This document shows, one piece after another, positions 1 through 10,373 of a DNA stretch of 32,000 nucleotides. The DNA is from Raphidiopsis brookii D9. GTDB taxonomy: Bacteria > Cyanobacteriota > Cyanobacteriia > Cyanobacteriales > Nostocaceae. The DNA is taken from contig ACYB01000046.1 of the NCBI GenBank assembly GCA_000175855.1, forward strand, positions 150,001 through 182,000. Direction: 5' to 3'. How positions within the stretch are numbered: position 1 is the stretch's first letter; every line of letters begins with the position of its first letter. Made by a program: the position numbers and the translations under genes. Below the pieces are notes generated by a model. It saw only the letters and a program-made list of their open reading frames with translations. It had not been told where the DNA came from and did not search any database.

Positions 1-47
1 TTTACCATGGAGTTTTACCAAAAGCTATATAGTTACCTGTATTTTTT

Positions 48-1294
48 CTAGGGACGCTGAATAATGGTTTCCAGTACTCGACGCTTCAATTTAGGATCAA
101 TAACTACCAATCGTACATATTCACCAGCGTGTTCCAACAAACAAGATTCTAAAGCGGAAACCGCTTGTGGATAATCACTTATATGTAAATTGCCACAAGT
201 TTGCCAAGATCCCATAGAAAATCGTCTTTTATCAACGTATTCCACAGTGATTTTATGACCCTGGGATAAAACCTGACGAATTTGCTCCTGGGTGTCTAGA
301 GTTACCAGACTTAAGGGCGGGCTATTTTCTAAAGTTTTATTTGGAACATTTTGGTCATTGTGATCATGATTAGATTGCAAAGTCGGTAATTCTTTGACAG
401 GGGATTGAGCTTGATAACCCCTGCGATTATATTCAGCAACTAAATGAGAACTTTCCACATGTTTCTGCTCACCTACCATAACATTGCCAGCTTCAATTAA
501 ATGGAATAGGGTAAACTCAGGTTTTTGGAACTGTGGAGGAGGTTCCATACTATTAACCACCCGCATGGAAACTCTATCATATCCTATTTCATGGATAAAA
601 TCGCGAATTTGTTCGTCATAGATTCGCGAACGCAATGCACTAAAAAAGTCAATTGACTGATGGGGAAATGTATTAACTAACTGCTCAATTTCCACCGGAG
701 AAAGTCCATCCTCTGCAAAAATACCTCCCACAATTCCCACCTTATCATCATGGTTAGGTTCCCAGTAAAATTTCTCCATCCTCCCATCTCGAATTAATGG
801 TGCATAGAGGGTGGAAAAATCATTTCCAGTGACAATAATTGGTACTCGACGAATGGGTTTAGCATCATAACTTCCGGGTAACTGGACATCCGTGGGACTG
901 TCAGCAATGTTCATTAATGTGGCATTTACCAATTGAGTATTAACAGTGTATTGAGTTCCCTCGTCAAATCTACCGGCACCTGCGTCTAAATCATTAATCA
1001 TCAGCACACACATTTTGCCACGAACCTTAACCAGTTCCGCAGTCTCTCGATAGCGCAGACGAATTAATCTAGCTGGGTCCCCTGCATCTGGACTTTCTAA
1101 TTCCCCTCCGGAAATGAGAGTCACCCCCACACCCATTTTTCAAATGCCAATTCGCACTGAAATGACTTTCCTTCTCCCTTTCTACCATGAATTCCTAAAA
1201 TCAGCGGAACGCGCAGTCCCGCGAGATTGAGAAAGTTTTTAGTGATATGAACGGCTATTTTATCCAAAAACCGGGTAGAGATGTAGTAGGCCAT
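48..1294 (-). pseudogene. rca: Rubisco activase-like protein (AAA+ module plus C-terminal RbcS-like SSUL domain); frame broken by a 1-nt deficit in an A-run
   Basis: ORF 48..1136 encodes the Rca AAA+ core (GGELESPDAGDP, MINDLDAGAGRFDEGTQYTVNTQ, RVPIIVTGNDFSTLYAPLIRDGRMEKFYW) and an RbcS-like tail (GHKITVEYVDKRRF...GEYVRLVVIDPKLKRRV). The N-terminus with Walker A (MAYYISTRFLDKIAVHITKNFLNLAGLRVPLILGIHGRKGEGKSFQCELAFEK) starts at ATG 1294 in another frame and stops at TGA 1123..1121. The span 1294..48 is 1247 nt, not a multiple of 3. The two frames meet at the A5 run (minus strand) at 1136..1140. Confidence 0.85.
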
Positions 1295-1339
1295 ATTTCG
1301 GGAATTGTTAGAAACCGGTGAATTTCTACCAATTGTACG

Positions 1340-1573
1340 CTATTTTGGCAACCAGTTAGAACTTAAAACCACTGTTAAACCCAGAAAAATTACTGCCAGG
1401 CCCCAAGTAACACGATTGAGTGTATTCTCAGCACTTTTAGTACTGCTAAAAAGTTGAGCTTGTCCACCAATGGCTCCAATACCATCACCCTTGGGACTAT
1501 GTAACAAAACTAAAACAATTAAACCCAAAGCGGAGAAAGCCCAAATTACTTGTAGAATGTTGTTAATGTTCAT
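1340..1573 (-). CDS. secG: preprotein translocase subunit SecG
   Basis: 77-aa ORF with two hydrophobic helices flanking a Gly-rich loop (LLHSPKGDGIGAIGGQAQLFSS), typical of SecG. Confidence 0.85.
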   Translation of the reverse strand: MNINNILQVIWAFSALGLIVLVLLHSPKGDGIGAIGGQAQLFSSTKSAENTLNRVTWGLAVIFLGLTVVLSSNWLPK

Positions 1574-1611
1574 AGCTAGTCAAAATGGTGTAAAATTGAA
1601 AATAATGTGAT

Positions 1612-1636
1612 AAAAAACCTGCAAGTGCAGGTTTTG
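1612..1636 (-). terminator. intrinsic terminator-like hairpin between gpmI and secG
   Basis: The minus strand reads AAAACCTGC-ACTT-GCAGGTTTT, a 9-bp stem with a 4-nt loop running into a T6 tract. An A-tract on the other side makes it potentially bidirectional. Confidence 0.55.
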
Positions 1637-1692
1637 TCCCTATTTGCGACTTGGGATCGCTATTACTTGGAAACGCAAAAAGTATAACTTAT

Positions 1693-3291
1693 TTACAATC
1701 CCACCTGTACAGGTCTACGAGAGAATTGTAGATCATATTCAGGCGCTCTCAACAGGGATTTACCGGTCATTTCTGGAGGTTGAGGTAGTTTCAAAATATC
1801 CAGAATAGTGGGAGCAATGTCCGATAGTTTGCCATCATTACGCAAATCAACACTTGCACCATGTGCTGGTATTTTCAGCTTTTCTGCTTCGATTAAAATC
1901 AAGGGAACTGGGTTAGTAGTATGAGCTGTCCAGGGACTGCCATTTTCATCTACCATATACTCAGCATTGCCATGATCAGCTGTAATGATCAATGTACCAC
2001 CTGCTTTACCCACGCTCTCTACCAGTTTGCCCAAACATCGATCAACGGTTTCAATGGCTACCACTGTAGCATCCACTTTCCCCGTATGTCCTACCATGTC
2101 AGGGTTGGCATAGTTCATCACTATTAAAGAATAAATTCTTTTCTCTATAGCGGAAATAGCCAACCTAGTCACAGCATCAGCAGACATTTGGGGTTCCCGA
2201 TCGTATGTAGCAACTTGGGGACTTTCTACCATTGCTCTGTCTTCACCTTCATAAGCATACTCTAATCCCCCATTAAAGAAATATGTAACATGAGCATACT
2301 TTTCAGTTTCTGCAGTGCGAAACTGCTTGAGACCATGATTAGCAATCACCTCACCCAACATATTCTGTAAGTTCTGGGGGGCAAATGCTACAGATACAGG
2401 AAACTCGGGATCATATTGGGTAAAGGTCACAAAAGACAAAGGTGTAATTTGCTCCCGGGGAAAACCCTGAAAATTACCACTGACAAAGGCCTGAGTCAAT
2501 TCCCTGGCCCGGTCTGGGCGAAAATTAAAGAATATCACCCCATCACCAGGACTAATTGCACCGGGAGCAATTCTCACCGGAACGATAAACTCGTCGGTTA
2601 CTCCCTCAGCATATAAAGACTGCAAAACCTCTACAGCTGTTTTTCCTTTACCAGCACCCTCTTGTGTCATTACATCGTAGGCCAGTTGGACCCTGTCCCA
2701 ACGACGGTCTCTGTCCATAGCATAATATCGACCACTGATAGTAGTTATTCTTCCTACTCCCACACGGTCTATATAGTTTTCCAATTGTTGGATAGTTTTG
2801 ATGCCATCCACTGGTTGAGTATCACGCCCGTCCATAATAGCGTGAATACATACATCCAAAACTTGCTGTGATTTAGTAAAATCAAGCAAGCCCAACAGAT
2901 GGGTAATATGAGAATGTACCCCTCCGTCAGAACAAAGACCAACTAAATGCAACTTGCCATTTCGGGATTTCACTTCTTGGCAAATCTTGAGAAGTGCGGA
3001 ATTAGTAGCTAGAGAACCATCTCCTACAGCATCAGAGATGCGTACCAGTTCTTGGGGAACCACTCTTCCAGCGCCAATGTTCAAATGACCAACTTCTGAA
3101 TTGCCCATTTGACCTTCTGGCAACCCTACGGCTTTTCCTGATGTGCGGATGAGGGTGTGGGGATAACCTGCCCATAAACTGTCCATAATGGGAGTTTTAG
3201 CAGCTGCGATCGCGTTTCCGCGTTTATCCTCACAATAGCCCCATCCGTCTAAAATGACTAGCACCACAGGACTAACAGGTGCTTTGGTCAT
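1693..3291 (-). CDS. gpmI: 2,3-bisphosphoglycerate-independent phosphoglycerate mutase
   Basis: Full-length iPGM translation (VLVILDGWGY, GNSEVGHLNIGAGR, ITADHGNAE). I place the start at the internal ATG giving MTKAPVSPVVLVILDGWG. The 26 upstream codons of the tracked ORF look like a non-coding extension. Confidence 0.93.
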   Translation of the reverse strand: MTKAPVSPVVLVILDGWGYCEDKRGNAIAAAKTPIMDSLWAGYPHTLIRTSGKAVGLPEGQMGNSEVGHLNIGAGRVVPQELVRISDAVGDGSLATNSALLKICQEVKSRNGKLHLVGLCSDGGVHSHITHLLGLLDFTKSQQVLDVCIHAIMDGRDTQPVDGIKTIQQLENYIDRVGVGRITTISGRYYAMDRDRRWDRVQLAYDVMTQEGAGKGKTAVEVLQSLYAEGVTDEFIVPVRIAPGAISPGDGVIFFNFRPDRARELTQAFVSGNFQGFPREQITPLSFVTFTQYDPEFPVSVAFAPQNLQNMLGEVIANHGLKQFRTAETEKYAHVTYFFNGGLEYAYEGEDRAMVESPQVATYDREPQMSADAVTRLAISAIEKRIYSLIVMNYANPDMVGHTGKVDATVVAIETVDRCLGKLVESVGKAGGTLIITADHGNAEYMVDENGSPWTAHTTNPVPLILIEAEKLKIPAHGASVDLRNDGKLSDIAPTILDILKLPQPPEMTGKSLLRAPEYDLQFSRRPVQVGL

Positions 3292-3399
3292 AGTAAAATT
3301 GCCCTTTACTTTTTTTAATAACCGAATAATAGCACTACTCCCTGAAGATTGCAGCAATAATTTCCACAACCTGCAATTTAGGTAACTTTACTAATATAA

Positions 3400-3435
3400 T
3401 TGACAAAGCTGCTTGTAATTGTACACCTTTGTCAA
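3400..3435. promoter_or_regulatory. perfect 9-bp inverted repeat TTGACAAAG-N18-CTTTGTCAA in the prfA-gpmI spacer
   Basis: Read directly: ttgacaaag at 3400..3408 and ctttgtcaa at 3427..3435. Each arm contains a TTGACA -35-like hexamer. It lies about 110-145 nt upstream of the gpmI start. Confidence 0.25.
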
Positions 3436-3460
3436 CTATACTGTTAGCTAGGGGAAATCT

Positions 3461-4678
<1,218 letters not shown>

Positions 4679-4912
4679 CTACTTTTTCTTTTTGTTACCT
4701 TGCTCGCTAGACATGCCATACTTACGAAGAAAGCGTTCCACACGACCCTCAGCATCAATAATTTTCTGAGTACCAGTGTAATAGGGATGGTTTCCAGACC
4801 AAACATCTACGTGTAATTCGGGTTTAGTTGAACCGACGGTCATCACAATCTGACCATTACAATAGACTTTAGCTTCTGGATACCACTGGGGATGAATATC
4901 AGGTTTAGCCAT
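4679..4912 (-). CDS. rpmE: 50S ribosomal protein L31
   Basis: MAKPDIHPQWYPEAKVYCNGQ...HPYYTG is the L31 signature. Start at internal ATG 4912. Confidence 0.93.
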   Translation of the reverse strand: MAKPDIHPQWYPEAKVYCNGQIVMTVGSTKPELHVDVWSGNHPYYTGTQKIIDAEGRVERFLRKYGMSSEQGNKKKK

Positions 4913-4981
4913 TTTTCCTTTTGTGGTGTTTATCAAAATTATAGCTTTTATAGCTTTGCAACTCGACAGCTTTTCCGTCAA

Positions 4982-5401
4982 CTATCGTTTTGAGTATTGA
5001 GGAGCTTTTCGAGCTTTATGTAATCCGTATTTCTTCCGCTCTTTCGCTCGTGGATCCCGAGTTAAATAACCCTCAATTTTTAAGGGTGAACGATTGTCTG
5101 GATCCAACTGACATAGGGCACGAGCTACACCCAAACGAATTGAGTCCGCTTGTCCAGTTAGACCGCCACCTTTGGCTTTTACTAAAATATCGTACTCATT
5201 TTCCAACCCTAGAGTTTCTAAGGGGGCTTTAATGACTCCTAAGTAGTTGGGATTGTATTGGAAGTACAATTCCCCTTCTTTGCCATTGACCACAAATTTA
5301 CCTTCTCCAGGGACTAGACGTACCTGCGCAACTGCGGATTTGCGCCGACCCGTGCCCCAATACAGGGCACGACCACTATTAGTTTCTGCTACTGTTGCCA
5401 T
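4982..5401 (-). CDS. rpsI: 30S ribosomal protein S9
   Basis: 139-aa ORF ending in the characteristic ...RKAPQYSKR. It directly follows rplM. Confidence 0.95.
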   Translation of the reverse strand: MATVAETNSGRALYWGTGRRKSAVAQVRLVPGEGKFVVNGKEGELYFQYNPNYLGVIKAPLETLGLENEYDILVKAKGGGLTGQADSIRLGVARALCQLDPDNRSPLKIEGYLTRDPRAKERKKYGLHKARKAPQYSKR

Positions 5402-5403
5402 GA

Positions 5404-5859
5404 TTAGTTTTCTCCGGGAATAGTGTTAATAATTAGTTCTTTAGGTTTTTGTGCTGTGTGAGGATGGGTCGAACCACTATAAACTTTCAGTTTGGTGAAT
5501 AACTGTCTACCTAAGCTATTTTTAGGTAACATACCTTTTACAGCATGCTCAACTATTCTTTCTGGTAGGCGCTGTTGCAATTTAGCAAAGGTTTCTGTTT
5601 TCATCCCCCCAGGACGACCAGAATGCCTACGGTAAAGTTTTTGACTCGGTTTTTTGCCCGTAACTACCACTTTTTCCGCATTGATTACTACCACAAAGTC
5701 TCCTGTGTCCAAATGGGGGGTATATTCAGCTTTTCTTTTACCCCGGAGAACCATGGCAATTTCACTCGCTAGTCTACCTAGACGCTTGTCTGCGGCATCT
5801 ACTACATACCAGTCACGTTTAATTTCTTCCTCTGGAGGAAGATAAGTTTTACTACTCAT
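5404..5859 (-). CDS. rplM: 50S ribosomal protein L13
   Basis: [32 protein letters not shown] is a typical L13 N-terminus. Start at ATG 5859, overlapping the truA stop by 8 nt (ATGAGTAG). Confidence 0.94.
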   Translation of the reverse strand: MSSKTYLPPEEEIKRDWYVVDAADKRLGRLASEIAMVLRGKRKAEYTPHLDTGDFVVVINAEKVVVTGKKPSQKLYRRHSGRPGGMKTETFAKLQQRLPERIVEHAVKGMLPKNSLGRQLFTKLKVYSGSTHPHTAQKPKELIINTIPGEN

Positions 5860-6730
5860 TGTTTTTTCCTTTGTCGGTTTTAAGTGATCCGTCATCGGTC
5901 CGGTGACCAAATACTAAATAGGGTTGAGTTTCATACCAAATTTCCTGGGAAAAGGGAAAGTCATTATATCCAACCCTTAGTAAGCATAGACCTTGAGGTG
6001 GTGCTGCATATTTCACTTTTTCTCGGTCTTCTGTTTGCCAAATGTTTGTGAAATCTTCTAGGGACTTCTGTTTGCTTCCTACCTGCACTAACATCCCCAC
6101 TAATAACCTTACCATGCCATACAAAAATCCATTGGCTTGAATCTCTATATGTACTAATGAGCCTTGACGACAACATTCCACTGCTTGTATTTCTACCCAG
6201 GAATGCGATCGCGCTGATCCAGCGCGGTGAAAAGCTGCTAGGTGGTGTTTTCCCACAAGGGGAGTTAAAGCCGCTTGCATCAACTCTTCCTCCAGGGGAG
6301 CATAATAATAATGCCAACTAAACGGACTCACAAACAAGTTTGGTAGAGCTTGAGTATAGATAGTGTATCTATATCGTCGGTACACTGCACTAAACCGGGC
6401 GTGCCAACTTTCTTTTACGCCAGCAGAAGCCCTGATTAGTATGTCCGGGGGTAAGTAACTGTTCAAAACGGTTGCCCACTTGTGCGCCGGTATGTGCCCT
6501 GTAGCATTGAAATGGGCAACTTGAGCAGCTGCATGAACCCCGGCATCAGTTCTTCCCGCACCATGTAGTGTTACATGATACCCTAGAACACTGGCTATAG
6601 CTATTTCTATTTCTTCTTGAACTGTACGTTGGGCTTTTTGCCGTTGCCACCCATGGAAATTGGTACCTAAATACTGAATAACTAAGGCAACTCGATAAGT
6701 TGGGGTGGGCTGGCGGCTATCTGACATCAT
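5852..6730 (-). CDS. truA: tRNA pseudouridine(38-40) synthase TruA
   Basis: Contains the TruA catalytic motif [11 protein letters not shown] and the RYRY motif. It sits in the conserved position between rplQ and rplM. Confidence 0.92.
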   Translation of the reverse strand: MMSDSRQPTPTYRVALVIQYLGTNFHGWQRQKAQRTVQEEIEIAIASVLGYHVTLHGAGRTDAGVHAAAQVAHFNATGHIPAHKWATVLNSYLPPDILIRASAGVKESWHARFSAVYRRYRYTIYTQALPNLFVSPFSWHYYYAPLEEELMQAALTPLVGKHHLAAFHRAGSARSHSWVEIQAVECCRQGSLVHIEIQANGFLYGMVRLLVGMLVQVGSKQKSLEDFTNIWQTEDREKVKYAAPPQGLCLLRVGYNDFPFSQEIWYETQPYLVFGHRTDDGSLKTDKGKNNE

Positions 6731-6759
6731 GGGTTAGATGGGTTGGGGTTCCCTATTCC

Positions 6760-7110
6760 CTACACTAGTTCAATAATCGCCATTTCGGCATGATCGCCCC
6801 GACGGGGGACAGTATGCAAAATACGGGTATAACCACCTTGACGATTCCCATACCGAGTTGGTGCTTGCTCAAACAATGCCTTAACCAGGGACTTATCATA
6901 GATATAACCCAACGCCTCTCTACGAGCTGATAAAGAACCATCTTTTGCTAAGGTGATCATCTTTTCTGCTTCACTGCGTACTACCTTAGCACGAATTAGA
7001 GTGGTAGTAATACGACCATGACGTATAAGCTCTGTGGTCAGCGATCGCAATAAAGCACGACGCTGGTCTGCTGGTTTACCAAGTTTTTTTACTTTACAAC
7101 GGTGACGCAT
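6760..7110 (-). CDS. rplQ: 50S ribosomal protein L17
   Basis: [37 protein letters not shown] is canonical L17. Confidence 0.96.
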   Translation of the reverse strand: MRHRCKVKKLGKPADQRRALLRSLTTELIRHGRITTTLIRAKVVRSEAEKMITLAKDGSLSARREALGYIYDKSLVKALFEQAPTRYGNRQGGYTRILHTVPRRGDHAEMAIIELV

Positions 7111-7143
7111 AATAGGGACCTATTACTATGAAAAACAATCGGA

Positions 7144-8088
7144 CTAGCTTTGTTTAGAACTTCTTTCCTGTGGTAAGGTAATACCTAGACGGCGCTGTAA
7201 AGCTTCCACCACTTCTTCTGCCGATTTTTGACCAAAGTTCTTGATTTCTAACAAATCTTCTTGGGTATAATCCAACAAATCTGCTACAGAATTAACTTGA
7301 GCGCGTTTCAGGCAGTTGTAAGCACGAACAGATAGCTGTAACTCCTCAATAGGAATTTGGGCAGTGGGATCATCTGGCATATCCAAGCCCATGTCCGTAG
7401 GCTCCAAGGAGATATCCTTAAGAGGGTTAAATAATTCTACCAGAATTGCCGCAGATGAAGACAGGGCCTCCTGGGGTGAAATACTGCCATTAGTCCAAAC
7501 TTCCAACAAAAGCCGGTCTTTTAGGCTACCATCACCACGGGATTCTTCCACGCTATAATTAACTTTTCGCACCGGCATAAATACTGAGTCAATCTGCAAA
7601 AAGTCCAGGGATGTGGCCTCTTCTCTTCCCTTTTCTACAGTGCGGTAGCCCTTACCCCTTTCAATGCGAAACTCCATTTCCAGTTTGCCGCCCTCTGCTA
7701 AAGTAGCTACATACTGGGTAGGATCAATCACCTCCACCTCACCAGGCAAATCAAAATGGGCTGCGGTAACCGTTGTGGGGCCGGTAACTAGCAACCTTCC
7801 TATTTGTGGTTGATGGGAATAGCTTTTGAGAATCACCTCTTTCATCCGCATGATGATTTCCATCACATCTTCCCGCACTCCGGGAACTGTGGCAAACTCA
7901 TGGGTGACACCAGCTATTCTTACTGCAGTGACTGCTGTTCCTTCTAAATTAGATAACAAAACCCGTCGCAACGCATTACCTACCGTTGTTCCTTGACCCC
8001 TTTCCAGGGGTTCTAGGACGAACCTACCATAATGATTACGACTTTCCTCAGTACTAGACTCTACACATTCAATTTGAAACTGCGCCAC
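7144..8088 (-). CDS. rpoA: DNA-directed RNA polymerase subunit alpha
   Basis: 314-aa RpoA translation with NTD and CTD (ELQLSVRAYNCLKRAQVNSVADLL). GTG start at 8088, preceded by GGGGAGG. Confidence 0.96.
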   Translation of the reverse strand: MAQFQIECVESSTEESRNHYGRFVLEPLERGQGTTVGNALRRVLLSNLEGTAVTAVRIAGVTHEFATVPGVREDVMEIIMRMKEVILKSYSHQPQIGRLLVTGPTTVTAAHFDLPGEVEVIDPTQYVATLAEGGKLEMEFRIERGKGYRTVEKGREEATSLDFLQIDSVFMPVRKVNYSVEESRGDGSLKDRLLLEVWTNGSISPQEALSSSAAILVELFNPLKDISLEPTDMGLDMPDDPTAQIPIEELQLSVRAYNCLKRAQVNSVADLLDYTQEDLLEIKNFGQKSAEEVVEALQRRLGITLPQERSSKQS

Positions 8089-8193
8089 GGAGTAGCCTCC
8101 CCTTTAAGGTGCTGCTGGCAAAAATTTGCCCCTCGAATTAACTAACTTTATGCCCTGATCTGTGATTTTGGTGGATCAAAGTGCCATAATTTA

Positions 8194-8215
8194 AACCAAT
8201 CTTTAACCAATCTTT
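8194..8215. repeat. tandem 11-mer AACCAATCTTT x2 in the rpsK-rpoA spacer
   Basis: Read directly from the sequence. Confidence 0.8.
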
Positions 8216-8265
8216 CCAGTGATAAAAGTTTAACTTTCCCAATTGGTCATCTATAGTTTTCTGCT

Positions 8266-8291
8266 CCCCTTGAGGAATGCCCATCAAGGGG
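8266..8291. other. perfect 8-bp stem hairpin (CCCCTTGA-N10-TCAAGGGG) in the rpsK-rpoA spacer
   Basis: Read directly. It lies inside the presumably co-transcribed spacer, so it is a candidate processing or attenuation structure. Confidence 0.4.
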
Positions 8292-8331
8292 GAATCCTGT
8301 TCACCATACCAAATCAATGTCAACTTGATAT

Positions 8332-8727
8332 TTACACCCGACGGCGTTTAGGTGGACGACAGCCATTATGGGGAATAGGGGTAACATCCCGAATCAGGGT
8401 AATTTCTAATCCTGCCCCTTGTAAAGCTCGAATTGCCGTTTCCCTTCCTGCTCCTGGTCCACTGACCATCACCTGAATTTGACGCATTCCTTGGTCAATA
8501 GCGCGACGACCGGCGCTTTCAGCTGCGGTTTGGGCGGCAAAGGGAGTACCTTTTTTTGCCCCCTTAAATCCACTGGAACCAGCACTGGCCCAGGAGATTA
8601 CATCTCCGTTTTGATCCGTAATGGTGACAATGCTATTGTTGAAAGTAGATTGAATGTAGGCAACGCCATTAGGTACATTCTTCTTCTGCTTTTTACTCCC
8701 GGTTTTTTTGGTTGGTTGTCTTGCCAT
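8332..8727 (-). CDS. rpsK: 30S ribosomal protein S11
   Basis: [46 protein letters not shown] is canonical S11. Confidence 0.96.
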   Translation of the reverse strand: MARQPTKKTGSKKQKKNVPNGVAYIQSTFNNSIVTITDQNGDVISWASAGSSGFKGAKKGTPFAAQTAAESAGRRAIDQGMRQIQVMVSGPGAGRETAIRALQGAGLEITLIRDVTPIPHNGCRPPKRRRV

Positions 8728-8735
8728 GTTTGTTT

Positions 8736-8755
8736 GCTGAATTTAGCTGAATTTA
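8736..8755. repeat. tandem 10-mer GCTGAATTTA x2 in the rpsM-rpsK spacer
   Basis: Read directly from the sequence. Confidence 0.8.
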
Positions 8756-8772
8756 GACTAAAACTTGTTCAC

Positions 8773-9153
8773 TTATTTACCAGGGGCCTTTTTCTTACCA
8801 GCCACTGTTTGTCTCCTACCGCGTCTGGTTCTGGCATTGGTACGGGTTCTTTGACCCCTTACAGGTAGACCCATACGATGACGACGACCACGATAACAGC
8901 CTATGTCAACTAGACGCTTGATATTCATGGCCTCTAAACGTCTCAGATCCCCCTCTACTTGATAGTTGCTTTCTATCTCAGCTCTTAAAGCCGCTAAATC
9001 AGCATCAGTCAAATCCTTAACCCGGGTATCTGGGTTTACATCCGTGGCCGCTAAAATGTCCTGCGACCTTCTCAATCCAATCCCATATATGTAAGTTAGA
9101 CCTATCTCTACGCGTTTGTCACGCGGTAGGTCTACTCCTGCAATCCGTGCCAC
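8773..9153 (-). CDS. rpsM: 30S ribosomal protein S13
   Basis: (V->M)[25 protein letters not shown] is the canonical S13 N-terminus. The start is GTG at 9153, preceded by GAGGGAGAG. The 19 upstream codons in the tracked ORF are judged non-coding. Confidence 0.93.
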   Translation of the reverse strand: MARIAGVDLPRDKRVEIGLTYIYGIGLRRSQDILAATDVNPDTRVKDLTDADLAALRAEIESNYQVEGDLRRLEAMNIKRLVDIGCYRGRRHRMGLPVRGQRTRTNARTRRGRRQTVAGKKKAPGK

Positions 9154-9225
9154 AATTAATCTCTCCCTCTTTTTTTGGTTTTTTTGTTTATTAGCGTACT
9201 GAAACTGCAAATTTTGTTGACAGTT

Positions 9226-9339
9226 TTAGCCTTGCCGTTGCTTGTGTTTAGGGTTTTCACAAATAACCATAACGCGACCACGACGTTTGATCACGTTACA
9301 CTTATCACAGATTTTCTTGACTGAGGCTCTAACTTTCAT
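9226..9339 (-). CDS. rpmJ: 50S ribosomal protein L36 (too short for the ORF track)
   Basis: My own translation of the minus strand gives [37 protein letters not shown] followed by a stop. This is 37 aa with the CxxC...C...H zinc-ribbon pattern, in the expected slot between infA and rpsM. Confidence 0.93.
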   Translation of the reverse strand: MKVRASVKKICDKCNVIKRRGRVMVICENPKHKQRQG

Positions 9340-9444
9340 GCCCTTTTTGTTGAACTCCAAATGGTAAATTATAACATTTCCCGAAAAATTATTTCAGTCA
9401 CTACGAAGGGAAAATCCGCAGGTTTTATGATAAGATTGCTAGTC

Positions 9445-9669
9445 TTACTTCTTCCGTAGTCGGTAGGTAATACGACCCTTAGTTAAGTCATAAGGGGTCA
9501 GCTCCACCTTGACCCGGTCCCCCGGCAAAATTTTGATATAATTACGGCGGATTTTCCCAGAAATGTGTGCCAGGACATTAAACCCGTTATCTAGGTCAAC
9601 TCGAAACATAGCGTTGGGCAATGATTCGGTTACAGTCCCTTCCATTTCAATCAAGTCTTGTTTAGACAA
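9445..9669 (-). CDS. infA: translation initiation factor IF-1
   Basis: 74-aa S1-like IF-1 sequence ([47 protein letters not shown]). TTG start at 9669, preceded by GAGGAA. Confidence 0.95.
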
Positions 9670-9797
9670 GGTTTTTCCTCAACTCGGTAATTATTCGTTC
9701 CAGGACAGATGCAATCTTGACAAGGAAACAATGTGGAATATATCAACAGCTTATTAATATATCTTAGCTAAAAGGGATGGGGAAGAAAGAAAATAGA

Positions 9798-10373
9798 TTA
9801 GAAACTGGGGTCATTTCCTACAACAGTGATAGCTATTTTTAAGGCGCTGGTGACTTCTTCTTGGGATTGGTTACCATTAACAGTCAACAGCTTATGGCGA
9901 TCGCCATAATACTGAATTAGGGGAGCAGTGTCTCGTCTGTAAACATTTAGTCTATGGCGAATAACATCCTCCAAGTCATCTTTTCTACCCCTTCCCAGCA
10001 AGCGAGAGACGACAATCTCATCGGGTGCATCGAGATTAACCACCCTTTCTGAATCACCCTGGATCCGGTCTAAAAGATTGCCCAAGAAAACCGCCTGAGA
10101 TACTGTGCGGGGGAAACCATCAAGAATCCAACCTTTTTGGGCATCCGATTTTTCCAGTCTTTCTTCCACCATATCTTGCACCAGCTGGTCAGGGACTAAA
10201 TCCCCCTTATCCATATACTCCTGAGCTTTCACACCCAGAGCTGTTTGGTCAGTAATGGCTTGGCGTAAAATGTCCCCAGTGGAAATGTGAGGAACCTGCA
10301 AAAAATCAGCCAAAACCTTGGCTTGAGTTCCCTTACCCGCACCTGGTGGACCCAAGAAGATTAATCGCGTCAC
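9798..10373 (-). CDS. adk: adenylate kinase
   Basis: P-loop LGPPGAGKGTQA and ISTGDILR motifs. GTG start overlaps the secY stop codon by 1 nt. Confidence 0.94.
   Translation of the reverse strand: MTRLIFLGPPGAGKGTQAKVLADFLQVPHISTGDILRQAITDQTALGVKAQEYMDKGDLVPDQLVQDMVEERLEKSDAQKGWILDGFPRTVSQAVFLGNLLDRIQGDSERVVNLDAPDEIVVSRLLGRGRKDDLEDVIRHRLNVYRRDTAPLIQYYGDRHKLLTVNGNQSQEEVTSALKIAITVVGNDPSF

Noticed and set aside
3292-3369. N-terminal extensions of tracked ORFs: gpmI here, and also prfA 4556..4663, rpmE 4913..4981, rplM 5860..5910, rpsM 9154..9210 and lpxC 28014..28037
   Set aside because: Family-typical N-termini begin at internal start codons with better upstream context. The extensions are Cys- or basic-rich and atypical.
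8138-8323. 61-aa same-strand ORF in the rpsK-rpoA spacer
   Set aside because: It has no recognisable motif, it overlaps tandem-repeat and hairpin sequence, and it barely passes the length threshold. It is kept only as a note inside the spacer finding.
9717-9744. Plus-strand TTGACA-N16-TATATC promoter-like element in the adk-infA spacer, which would drive antisense transcription into adk/secY
   Set aside because: This is a hexamer match only, in AT-rich DNA. It has no supporting structure or ORF and cannot be supported without transcript data.
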